Virus record (IMG/VR): IMGVR_UViG_3300021560_000014
Span: 1 to 64,000 of that record
Source of the DNA: a virus
Direction: 5' to 3' (one strand)
DNA: 64,000 nucleotides
Shown: piece by piece, positions 18,801-26,569 of the stretch
Position numbering within the stretch: the stretch's first letter is position 1
Layout: every line of letters starts with the position of its first letter
Translations under genes and position numbers: made by a program
Notes under the pieces: generated by a model
The model's database searches: none
What the model was told of the DNA's origin: nothing
Seen by the model: only the letters and a program-made list of their open reading frames with translations

Positions 18801-21158
18801 CGCGAGCAGGGCTACTCCAACCCGTGGTACAAGCTCAAGGCTGTGCGCCACAAGGGTGTCACCTACCTTGGCGCGAACCATCCTTCTGATCATCACGAGT
18901 TCATCGCCGACCGCATCAAGCGCAAAGTCCCCCGGCAGATGGATATGTCAGTGCCAGCTGTTGGCCATGAGAAGGCCAACATGCAGTACGGCTTCATCGG
19001 CCACGACCACCGCTTCTATACCATGAGCGAGATGGAGGACAAGGTTAAGGCCGGGGAGACCACGCTCGGCAAGTCGCTGCTGATTGTGCTCGAAAAGTCC
19101 GAGGTCGCCCACGTCCTGCACTACCAGCAGCCGGGCATCAGGCTGCCGGGGGCGACAACCAAAGAGCACCACGGCATGATGATCGGGACTGACAAGGACC
19201 ACAACATCATCGCCTCGCTGCACTATGATCACTACAAGACCCCTGGGGAGAAGGAGGGCAGCGGCATTCACGTCGCCTCGCTGCAATCGTCCTCGCCCTT
19301 CGCCGGGGCCGATCTGATGAAGCACATTGTGCATCACGCGGCCCGCAACCGTGCGGAGCTGCACGGTACGCCGGTTGCCAGCGGCAGCACGGGCCGGGTG
19401 CAGAACTATTACCATCACCTGGTCCGGCGCTATGGCGGCGCATCGCGGGCCGAGCTGATCAAGCCTGAGGGCAAGGAAGACATCCGTCATATCGGGGCCG
19501 ATGCAGTCAAGGACCTGAGCTTAGCGCCGGGCATGAAGCCGCCGCAGAAGCGCAAGCAGGTCAAGGTCAGCATGTCCGATTATCAGTACATCGCCGACCG
19601 CACCGATCCGGGCAAGGGCGTCAAGATTCACCCCGATAAGCCGCTGGAGCTGTACAAGGGCCACGGCAACGTGAACACGTCCGGGGTCAATACCCGCTCG
19701 CGCACTGAGGAAGAGAAACGCCGTCGGGCGCGCGATCCGATGATCGACCCCGACGAACTCGAAAACACGCCCTGGTACAACGACTCGGTGAAGAAATCAC
19801 TCAACGACCCGTACATCGCGGCGCGGGCGCTCAAGCACACACCGAGTGGGCGGGTATGGCAGCTGCCGGAGCATGAGACCCACCTCGACGGCGTCGCCCG
19901 GCTCTCAAAGCAGCACGGTCTCGATCATGAGGATTGGGAGGGCGGCTACGTCGGTCACGACGGGCTCTATTACAACTACGAGCAGCTGGGCGACCGGATG
20001 GAGGCGCACAGCAAGTGGAACCGAATCCGGCGTGGGCAGCGGATTAAGTTCAATGACGGGCAGGCGGTCAAGTTTGAGAAGTCACTCGCGGTCGTCCTGG
20101 CCAAGGCCGCCAAGATCATCCCCTTCCCGACAAAGCATCCCTTCGAGGCCGAGGCCAAGAAATACGGGGCGAAGCCTGAGGAGTACGCCCGTGTCCACAA
20201 GTTCTACGTCGGCGATCCTGAGAAGATCGACAACTATTACAAGAACATCAAGCCGGTGTGGAATAAGTCTGCCCGCCGCAAGCTGCACTACCGCAAGACC
20301 TTCCAGGGCTTCGACATCTCGATTGAGAACCGGCCTGGCAGCTACCGGCATTGGACCCATCCTGACGGCAGGCCGGGCAAGACCCTGATGCGCCGACCAT
20401 ATGGTTATATCAAGAATTCCGAGGGCCTCGACGGCGATCACGTCGATGTCTTCCTCGGGCCGAATGAGCAGTCGCCGACGGCCTATATCATCCACCAGCT
20501 GAAGGCCCCCGACTTCACGACATTCGATGAGGACAAGGTTATACTGGGAGCTGATTCAGCTGCTGAGGCTCAGCGCATCTACCTCGATCACTACGACGAC
20601 CCGCGCTTCTTCGGCGGTATGACCGCGATGCCCCTCGGTGAGTTCCGCCAGAAGGTCTTCGCGACTGAGGATCAGCCGCAGATGATTAAGAGTTTCCTGT
20701 ATCACGCGACCCTCTCGCCCAACTTGGGCGGCATTGTGAAGCATGGCCTTTTGGGCGAGGAGGAGCGGCCTCGTGAGGACGGCCTCGGCGCTCCGAGATC
20801 GAATTGGCATTTCTCAGATAATCCTGAGAACAAGGTGTGGCTGGCCGATAAGCGCTCGGGGGCCAGCTACTACGGCAAGATTGCTGCAAGGAACCATGCA
20901 AACAACTACGGGTACAAGCCCTATGTGCCGATGCTGCGGGTAAACAAGAAGCACGTCGAGGGCCTGGAAGACCGGGGTAGGGGAGAGTTCGTAGGCGCGC
21001 GTGTTCACCCTCAGCACCTGGAAATCCACATTCATGGCCAGTGGCACCCGCTGACTGGAGGTCACCCGGCGATTGAGTCGATAGCTGGTCATGAATGGGA
21101 CGAGGAAACCGAGAAGTCCTTCAGGAAGGGCGGCAAGAAAGAAGTCGCAAGGCGCTAG
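15840..21158 (+). CDS. Large polyvalent protein (HhH-like, GNAT-like, InPase-like and ADP-ribosyltransferase-like segments)
   Basis: 1772 aa. GWY...SPQ...KTNAF...VTVDRWAAR; ISIEN..GSYR...YGYI...DGDHVDVFLG...DEDKV; LYHAT...IVKHGL...VWLA. Confidence 0.75.
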   Translation: MVNPIIVLEVFDLFQKSLRPTTSWKPLGDGWHQEPPTPQAVARAKVKGEKAQGKQWQIHEFANDDSARVAHIINQLMPKAPEGKLVIHNDKIALAREAVPQGYKKLEGQPAERHRERMAGLHALLNTSPEHFEHFAPKGDDSAGEVRSRSTGKGLFNHLNEQKDWVPARHLVSHLAGQIPSEGLTRGVKDAVQLSDDRLEDAIGDAGLVPEHADSLLERLKSRREDLRKLLASGELPGDSNENKAFADKYDPESYERGPLVGAPPNIKTPKDREALKKQLGQLADKGAFGAGWYRDSAQAVHDRFGGNLPKIQKYLALLAAYSPQSTPNPNTEAAERAWQHHEAGLPKETLRGGGTNEQDDQARALLYHNHWHSGLKTNAFYRNLMHYIKGGTDRPPTADEMARGELQPVTVDRWAARSIGYPIQLGESAQEGEAKERTVSPSNYRFSRQILNEVAHEKKLSAHELQERMWVAEKGGALARKNLIANYAKAKGESVKDLTKQVNAGNIPAGLARPLKNIKIDPKAMTASKESFATGLHELGGHVVSDLTPDPSMLDTSQHSHEHRQELHNRLLEALHQDKRLRAAELLGVGGAPAKVGASGHLYAGAVMPRSLISVAAQEGVPSGDLALMRGQITPNSLRRIRGMAHGLAHLLGQKSVEFHRPINVQGFRKEDLNGTNLKTGELAPHELHALQQAISQKLGTPTVPVPYGDGVYVVNHSGRPNDDFHEAVKATANEVLNQPQVSTIGGAAGRQRRRPDIDAGRFYASGERLEDTSEGHRQRAVASLGPALSGRFFAEHAPLLRPVYEQYAREHGVPLNLPSAYSAGEEEPKKKARKKVAALARAWGWLTRGRVEGEEPFATRDPNEAREPSNVRDPDDEREPLSTRNPNLPREPMWGRSPDETRDTLNLRPRFLPTLVLKSWLLPDAEEEVEGEVQKSGGRAADFFSSAPLTVLSKSIAPRPKARKPPGGLSRMMYSDPALSQFDMTREQGYSNPWYKLKAVRHKGVTYLGANHPSDHHEFIADRIKRKVPRQMDMSVPAVGHEKANMQYGFIGHDHRFYTMSEMEDKVKAGETTLGKSLLIVLEKSEVAHVLHYQQPGIRLPGATTKEHHGMMIGTDKDHNIIASLHYDHYKTPGEKEGSGIHVASLQSSSPFAGADLMKHIVHHAARNRAELHGTPVASGSTGRVQNYYHHLVRRYGGASRAELIKPEGKEDIRHIGADAVKDLSLAPGMKPPQKRKQVKVSMSDYQYIADRTDPGKGVKIHPDKPLELYKGHGNVNTSGVNTRSRTEEEKRRRARDPMIDPDELENTPWYNDSVKKSLNDPYIAARALKHTPSGRVWQLPEHETHLDGVARLSKQHGLDHEDWEGGYVGHDGLYYNYEQLGDRMEAHSKWNRIRRGQRIKFNDGQAVKFEKSLAVVLAKAAKIIPFPTKHPFEAEAKKYGAKPEEYARVHKFYVGDPEKIDNYYKNIKPVWNKSARRKLHYRKTFQGFDISIENRPGSYRHWTHPDGRPGKTLMRRPYGYIKNSEGLDGDHVDVFLGPNEQSPTAYIIHQLKAPDFTTFDEDKVILGADSAAEAQRIYLDHYDDPRFFGGMTAMPLGEFRQKVFATEDQPQMIKSFLYHATLSPNLGGIVKHGLLGEEERPREDGLGAPRSNWHFSDNPENKVWLADKRSGASYYGKIAARNHANNYGYKPYVPMLRVNKKHVEGLEDRGRGEFVGARVHPQHLEIHIHGQWHPLTGGHPAIESIAGHEWDEETEKSFRKGGKKEVARR
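18404..18552 (+). ncRNA. TIGR-like array 4 (4 units) embedded in frame in the 1772-aa ORF
   Basis: GAGCC cttcgctac GCGAGACCC caacgaagc GCGCGAGCC atccaatgt GCGAGACCC agacgatga GCGCGAGCC cctcagcac GCGAAACCC gaatctgcc GCGCGAGCC gatgtgggg GCGAAGCCC agacgagac GCGTG. Confidence 0.85.
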
Positions 21159-21230
21159 ACCGAGAAGAGCTTCACTAGCGCAGAAAAGGCAGTTCTGCAA
21201 ATATAAGCCCTAATCCGGGGCAGAGGTGGT

Positions 21231-21695
21231 GTGATGGCGCTTGAGGCAATTCCGGGTGTTTTGTTCAATCCCGTCTACGATTCCCCAACCGACCGCTGGG
21301 CACAGCATGTCCAGGACTTGAACAACCTGCTGTCCACGGTGCTCCAGCAGGCGGCGCGGCCTAGCGCGACGATCAATACTGCCGGTGCGGCGCTGACGCT
21401 CAGTCCGAGCGGCCAGCATTACGCCATCCGGCCCTTCAGCATCCACGGCACGATGTCTGGCATGGCCCCCGGCGAGGTCATTACCTTCAATCTGACTGGT
21501 CAAGGGGAGAGCGCCAACAAGGCCACCACTCAGACCGTCAGTGGCAACGGGCCGTTCACTATCACCAACGCCAGCCTGAAGAACATGCAGGCGGCGACCG
21601 CTGGGCGGCTGACCGGGCTTCAGCTCACGATTCAGAGCAGCATCGCCAATTCGACGGCGGTTGCGAATGTCACCATGATCGGTTTGCACTGCTAG
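21231..21695 (+). CDS. Putative virion structural protein, paralogue A
   Basis: 154 aa, beta-rich, similar along its length to the next ORF. Confidence 0.65.
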   Translation: MMALEAIPGVLFNPVYDSPTDRWAQHVQDLNNLLSTVLQQAARPSATINTAGAALTLSPSGQHYAIRPFSIHGTMSGMAPGEVITFNLTGQGESANKATTQTVSGNGPFTITNASLKNMQAATAGRLTGLQLTIQSSIANSTAVANVTMIGLHC

Positions 21696-21706
21696 GAGGA
21701 GACCCA

Positions 21707-22171
21707 ATGGTATTGGAAGGAGTTCCAGGGGTCGTGTTCGACCCTACCCTAAACAGTCTGAGCGACAACTGGGCCGTGCGCAGCGTGGACATGAACAACC
21801 TGCTGAGCTGCGTGGCCACAGGGACCATCCTGCCGTCGGCGACCATCACCACCTATGGCACCGCGCTGACCCTGGCCCCAGCTGCGCCTCATCTCACGGT
21901 GCGGCCCTTCAGCGTCCACGGTGCAGTTGCGGGCATCGCGGCGGGCGAGACCGTCACCTTCCGCATCACCGCGACCAACGAGGACGCGACCACCAAGACC
22001 GCGACCCTGGCGATCACGGCCAATGGCGCGTGGGCCTTTACGGCGGCCAGCCTCGCGACCCTGTTTACGGCGGCCAAGAAGCTGACCTCGATAGCGGTCG
22101 CGGTGCAAAGCAGCATCGCCAGCTCGGCGGCGCGGGCCACGGCCATCGTGGTCGGGCTCAACGGCGGCTGA
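21707..22171 (+). CDS. Putative virion structural protein, paralogue B
   Basis: AGGAG RBS; shares PGV.F.P, D.NNLLS and RPFS.HG with paralogue A. Confidence 0.65.
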   Translation: MVLEGVPGVVFDPTLNSLSDNWAVRSVDMNNLLSCVATGTILPSATITTYGTALTLAPAAPHLTVRPFSVHGAVAGIAAGETVTFRITATNEDATTKTATLAITANGAWAFTAASLATLFTAAKKLTSIAVAVQSSIASSAARATAIVVGLNGG

Positions 22172-22217
22172 TTTCGTGGTGGGCAGGAAACGGCACCGCA
22201 GGCTTGGTTAAGCGCGC

Positions 22218-22442
22218 GTGAAATGTCCGGGATGCCATCATCGCCTCTACAAGGCGACGGCGGAGGGGATTACGATCTTCTCCAGGCGCATCCTTATGCG
22301 CAGCGCTGACAATCAGCTTGTGCTCGTGTGCAATGACTGCGGCAGGTCGGTGGTGGTCGATGAGGGGATGCGCAAGTCCCTGCGCTCGGCCCTCCTCCTG
22401 GCAGCCGCCCCTGTGCTGCGCCCGGCTGTGGCCACGGGCTAG
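22218..22442 (+). CDS. Small zinc-ribbon protein
   Basis: CPGC...CNDC. Confidence 0.6.
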   Translation: MKCPGCHHRLYKATAEGITIFSRRILMRSADNQLVLVCNDCGRSVVVDEGMRKSLRSALLLAAAPVLRPAVATG

Positions 22443-22451
22443 GAGAGAACC

Positions 22452-22850
22452 GTGAATATGTTCGACGCCATCAAGAGCGCCATCTTCGGCCATGCCTCCG
22501 CGCGCCAGCCCCATTCCTCCGATCCGCCGCCGCATGAGAGTGCTGCGGCCTCGGCGGACACGCCGCACAAGGCCCTGACTGATGTGAACGTGGCGGCCAT
22601 CCTCGACAAGCTCGCGGCTGATTCGGGCGAGAAGCTGGTCTGGCGCGAATCCATCGTCGATCTGCTGAAGGCGCTCGGCCTCGACAGCAGTCAGGCGGCG
22701 CGTTTCCAGCTGGCCAAGGAGTTCGGCTACACCAACGACTACAATGACACTTATGTGCTCAACACCTGGCTGCACGCCGAGGTCATGAAGCGGCTGGAGC
22801 AGAGCGGGGGCCAGGTGCCCGAGGAGCTGAAGCAGCTGCCGCACGCATGA
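22452..22850 (+). CDS. DUF3597-like protein
   Basis: VAAILDKLA...KLVWRESIVDLLKALGLDSS.AAR.QLAKE.GY...N.WLH..VMK.L...GG.VP. Confidence 0.8.
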   Translation: MNMFDAIKSAIFGHASARQPHSSDPPPHESAAASADTPHKALTDVNVAAILDKLAADSGEKLVWRESIVDLLKALGLDSSQAARFQLAKEFGYTNDYNDTYVLNTWLHAEVMKRLEQSGGQVPEELKQLPHA

Positions 22851-23314
22851 AGCTGAAGCTGGTCTTCAAGACTCCGCTGCAGGTGCAGATGGTGCCCGTG
22901 CCGCCGCCGCTGCGGGCGCGGGTGACCTCGAAGGTTGACGGATTGTCCCTAACAGGAGTTGGCGATATGGCCTACCAGTTACCCAATGACAAGCAGATCG
23001 AGGTCGGCATCTCGTATGTGGATGCCAAGGGCAATCCCGCCGTGGTTGACGGCGCGGTGACCTGGACCTCCTCCGATGAGACCATCATGACGATTCAGCC
23101 GGTGGCCTCACCGCCCGCTGGCTACCCGCAAGGCGGTGTGGTCATGCTGGTGCCGGTTGGCCCGGTGGGACAGGCGCAAGCCTCTGCTGTCGCTGACGCT
23201 GACATGGGCAGCGGCACGACCAACATCACCACGCTGTTCGATGTCCAGGTGCTGGCGGGCTCGGCGGTGGCGGGTACGATTCAGCCGATTGGAGACCCGG
23301 TGCCTAATCCGTGA
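22847..23314 (+). CDS. Ig-like hypothetical protein (true start may be ATG 22967)
   Basis: YVDAKGNPA.VDG.VTWTSSD; AGGAG upstream of the internal ATG. Confidence 0.6.
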   Translation: MKLKLVFKTPLQVQMVPVPPPLRARVTSKVDGLSLTGVGDMAYQLPNDKQIEVGISYVDAKGNPAVVDGAVTWTSSDETIMTIQPVASPPAGYPQGGVVMLVPVGPVGQAQASAVADADMGSGTTNITTLFDVQVLAGSAVAGTIQPIGDPVPNP

Positions 23315-23317
23315 GTT

Positions 23318-23911
23318 ATGGCAGCCGTTCTTGCAAAAGAGATCGTGCTGAGCGAGAAGGACGTTAAGCGCTTCCTCGCCATCTTCGACACGATCAAGAA
23401 GGGTAGCGGCTGCTGGCTGTGGCCAAAGTCGGCTCCTAATAGCTACGGGCGTTTTCATGTAGAGGGTAAGGGAAGCTACAAAGCTAGCCGCATTGCTTAT
23501 TACCTCTTTGTCGAAAAATCCCTTTTGCCGTCTGATCTGGTTCTCCATTCCTGTGACAATCCGCCCTGCGTCAGACCGTTCCACTTGAGAAAAGGAACTC
23601 ACAAGCAAAATCAGCAGGACTGTGTCGTGAAAGGGCGCAAGCGCGTAGCTGTAGGAGATCGCCACTGGTCTCGAAGACACCCTGAGCTTGTGGCAAGCGG
23701 TGCGCGGCATGGAACAAGGACGCGGCCCGACCGTATCGCACGAGGAGAGCAGCGTGGGATGAACGGTTTGAAGGCAGCGCAGGTTCTAGAGATACGTCAG
23801 CTGTATGGGCAGGAGAACCATTTGTCGCAGCATCAGCTGGCTCGGAAGTTTGGGGTTACGGCGATGACGATCAACCGGGCTCTCCGTCGTCAGACGTGGA
23901 GTCATATATGA
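23318..23911 (+). CDS. HNH homing endonuclease
   Basis: [34 protein letters not shown]-terminal HTH; visibly more AT-rich than neighbours. Confidence 0.9.
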   Translation: MAAVLAKEIVLSEKDVKRFLAIFDTIKKGSGCWLWPKSAPNSYGRFHVEGKGSYKASRIAYYLFVEKSLLPSDLVLHSCDNPPCVRPFHLRKGTHKQNQQDCVVKGRKRVAVGDRHWSRRHPELVASGARHGTRTRPDRIARGEQRGMNGLKAAQVLEIRQLYGQENHLSQHQLARKFGVTAMTINRALRRQTWSHI

Positions 23912-25335
23912 TCACGGGGATAACTGTCTCGGTTGATAGAACATCATACAGCCGCTACGGTGACGACTTCCCCATAGTCACAATCACCGGCAAGGCGGCG
24001 GGCGCGGTCGGCGGTGAGCAGGTCGTGATCACGCTCTCGCGCACGGTGCTCTCTGGGCAGTACCAGCTGTTTATCACAACAGTGATAGTCCCAGCTGGGG
24101 GCGCGTTCACCGACACCATCGATCTCCGCACGGTCAAGGACACCAACGGCTTCAGCTCGGCTAGTATCTCGAAGGAATTTAACGACTACACCGTCACCGC
24201 CTCGGACGCGACTGACCCGCTGACCTTTGCCACCACCAACTTCAGCGTGCTGCCGTTCACGGTCGATCAGGTCAAAGCCCGCTGGTGCGCTGGGCTGCCG
24301 CTCATCACCTATGAGAAGCTCCAGGCCGTCAATCAGCCGGTCCAGGTGACCGGCGTCACCCTGGGGCAGCCTTCCTTCGGTTCCATCGTCGGCCCGTACC
24401 AGCTGCAATTCTCGGCCTCTCCCACGCCCTCGATCTCGTGGACCAGCGGCGCATTGCTCGGCGGCCTCGCGATGCCCGGCACCCAGGTGCCGATTCCGGC
24501 CAGCGGGACCTACATCCTGCCCGACGTGATCGGACGGGGCGCGATCCCGGCGACGGTCAATTTCGCCCAGCTGCCAACGACTGCGGCCAGCGACACCATC
24601 TATGTCGGCTTCGGCACCATCACCGATGAGGCCATCATCCGCGAGATCATCTCGATGACGGCGCAGATCCAGGAGTTCATGAACATCCTGTTCGAGCCGA
24701 CCTACATCACGACCCAGAACATGCTGGAGCTGGAGCCACTCATCCCGACCGTGGTCGAGAAGATCGGGATGGCGATCAACTTCTACAAGCCTGACAACTG
24801 GCTCAAGTGGCTGGAGTTCAAGTGCCCCTACATGCCGCTGCTGAAGTTCTTCCAGCTCTCGGGCTACTTCAACAAGACCAAGGCCATCGACATCGACGAG
24901 GAGCATCTTATCTCCTTCGACGAGCGCAGCGCTGAGGTTCAATTTGTCCCGTCCAACCTCGCGGTGGTGAACTCGTTCTTCATCGGGCCGGGCGTCTATA
25001 TCATGTTTTTCAACCAGATATACGTGCCCCAGTTCTGGAACTATTACGTGGTGTGCGGCTACCGCAACCTGCCAGCTGCCATCGCTGACTATATAGCCAA
25101 ACGTGTCGCCATCGACCTGCTCAACATTGCCGGGCAGGCTCGCTACCCGGCAGGCATGGCCGGTCAATCGACCTCGCGCGACGGTATCAGTGAGTCAACC
25201 TCGATCCTTGCCGGAGTTTACAAGACCTACATCGATCAGTACGAGCAGGACTTGGGCAGGACGCCGGATGGCCAGGACCAGATGATGAAGAGCCTCAGGA
25301 ACCGTTTTCGCGGGCTCGCTTTCACCACCCTGTGA
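23908..25335 (+). CDS. Putative head-tail connector or neck protein
   Basis: C-terminal LPAAIADYIAK...AG...S.S.DG.S.S resembles myovirus neck proteins. Confidence 0.6.
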   Translation: MITGITVSVDRTSYSRYGDDFPIVTITGKAAGAVGGEQVVITLSRTVLSGQYQLFITTVIVPAGGAFTDTIDLRTVKDTNGFSSASISKEFNDYTVTASDATDPLTFATTNFSVLPFTVDQVKARWCAGLPLITYEKLQAVNQPVQVTGVTLGQPSFGSIVGPYQLQFSASPTPSISWTSGALLGGLAMPGTQVPIPASGTYILPDVIGRGAIPATVNFAQLPTTAASDTIYVGFGTITDEAIIREIISMTAQIQEFMNILFEPTYITTQNMLELEPLIPTVVEKIGMAINFYKPDNWLKWLEFKCPYMPLLKFFQLSGYFNKTKAIDIDEEHLISFDERSAEVQFVPSNLAVVNSFFIGPGVYIMFFNQIYVPQFWNYYVVCGYRNLPAAIADYIAKRVAIDLLNIAGQARYPAGMAGQSTSRDGISESTSILAGVYKTYIDQYEQDLGRTPDGQDQMMKSLRNRFRGLAFTTL

Positions 25336-25371
25336 CACGCTCGACCTTTGGGGCTCGCGTAAATCATGGCT
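25336..25371 (-). ncRNA. Solitary TIGR-like 36-nt unit
   Basis: Reverse complement reads AGCC atgatttac GCGAGCCCC aaaggtcga GCGTG. Confidence 0.7.
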
Positions 25372-25487
25372 GTAGATACCGGGAGTCCAGCTCGGGATTC
25401 CGGACCCCCGGCTCGTGTTGGAAGGGAGTTCTGCCGAACGGGTTGATCTTAGCAGGCCGGACACCCGAAAGTACATAAAATGGAACG

Positions 25488-25760
25488 GTGGGGAGAATGA
25501 AGGTAGTTAACATCCAAAACGATGGCTATGACGGCAATGAGAGTGCGATGGAAGTGCAAATCAGGTTCCAGGCCGAGGAGTCCAGCGGCTGGATGGGGCC
25601 GGAGGCCGAGAAGTGGTTCCTGGCCCTGGCCAATACCTGGTTCACCATCGCGGCCAGCCAGACCCCGCCCCTGGCCGCCGACGTGGTGATAGACTTCCTG
25701 GAGAAGCTGGCGGTCCTGATGGGCATTCCGATTGAGGACATCACCACCCTGCCCCGGTAG
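25488..25760 (+). CDS. Hypothetical protein
   Basis: 90-aa ORF; GGAG before ATG 25497. Confidence 0.55.
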   Translation: MGRMKVVNIQNDGYDGNESAMEVQIRFQAEESSGWMGPEAEKWFLALANTWFTIAASQTPPLAADVVIDFLEKLAVLMGIPIEDITTLPR

Positions 25761-25762
25761 GT

Positions 25763-25796
25763 CGTACAGAGTAGTGGCCCGTACAGAGTAGTGGCC
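25763..25796 (+). repeat. 17-bp tandem direct repeat
   Basis: CGTACAGAGTAGTGGCC x2, immediately before the AGGAGG RBS of the 25814 gene. Confidence 0.85.
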
Positions 25797-25813
25797 GGTA
25801 GGAGGCCCCACCC

Positions 25814-26569
25814 ATGGTGCTGATTGACCCTGCCCGCGAAGCTGATTTCGTCCGCCGCCGAGGCGACCTCGTCCTTTATCGCCGTGCCTTCAAATGCTCC
25901 TGCACCATGAACCCCGGCGACGACCCCGACGCCAACCGGGCCTCGGTCAACTGCACGGTCTGCGACGGCCTCGGCTTCACCTATGGGCCGCCGACCCCAA
26001 TCATCGTCACCATCGTCAACATCACCTATCAGAAGCAGCTGCTGGACTCGGGCGTGGCCGCTCCCGGCGACCTGCTGATGAGCCTCTCGCCATTCGAGTC
26101 CAACCTGGTCTCGTCTTACGATGTCATTAATTTTACTTATATCCTGGGCGAGCCATATGAGGGCGACACGGTCAAGCGGACCAACCCCGGCCCGGACCTG
26201 CTGAGCTACCCTCCGGTGCTGGTGTTCTCCTGCTTCTTCATCGACCAGAGCAACAACTACACGATGGTGAATTATCAGCAGGGCGTGGATTTCGTCATCT
26301 CCAGCCGCAACCTGACGTGGCTGCCGGGCAAGGGTCCGCTCGTCGGCGCGCCCTACCAGATCAAGTACAACTGCCGCTACGACTGGGAGGTGTACGTGGA
26401 TGCGAGCGTGCGCTTCGAGGTCGGCCACTCGCTCGGCCAGAAGGCCATCCTGCGCAAGCGCGAGGTGCCGGTGCCGATCTTCACCGGCCAAATCGGCAGC
26501 GGCATATCGCGGACGCAGGCGACCTCCCGCTCGGCGGCGACGGTCGCGCTCACGGTTAACCGGGCATAA
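25814..26569 (+). CDS. Putative head completion or neck protein
   Basis: RG..V.Y..A.KCSC...CTVCDG.G pattern of large-myovirus neck proteins. Confidence 0.65.
   Translation: MVLIDPAREADFVRRRGDLVLYRRAFKCSCTMNPGDDPDANRASVNCTVCDGLGFTYGPPTPIIVTIVNITYQKQLLDSGVAAPGDLLMSLSPFESNLVSSYDVINFTYILGEPYEGDTVKRTNPGPDLLSYPPVLVFSCFFIDQSNNYTMVNYQQGVDFVISSRNLTWLPGKGPLVGAPYQIKYNCRYDWEVYVDASVRFEVGHSLGQKAILRKREVPVPIFTGQIGSGISRTQATSRSAATVALTVNRA

Noticed and set aside
25372-25470. Possible structured RNA or tRNA after the solitary unit
   Set aside because: Only imperfect GC stems; no cloverleaf or recognisable family.
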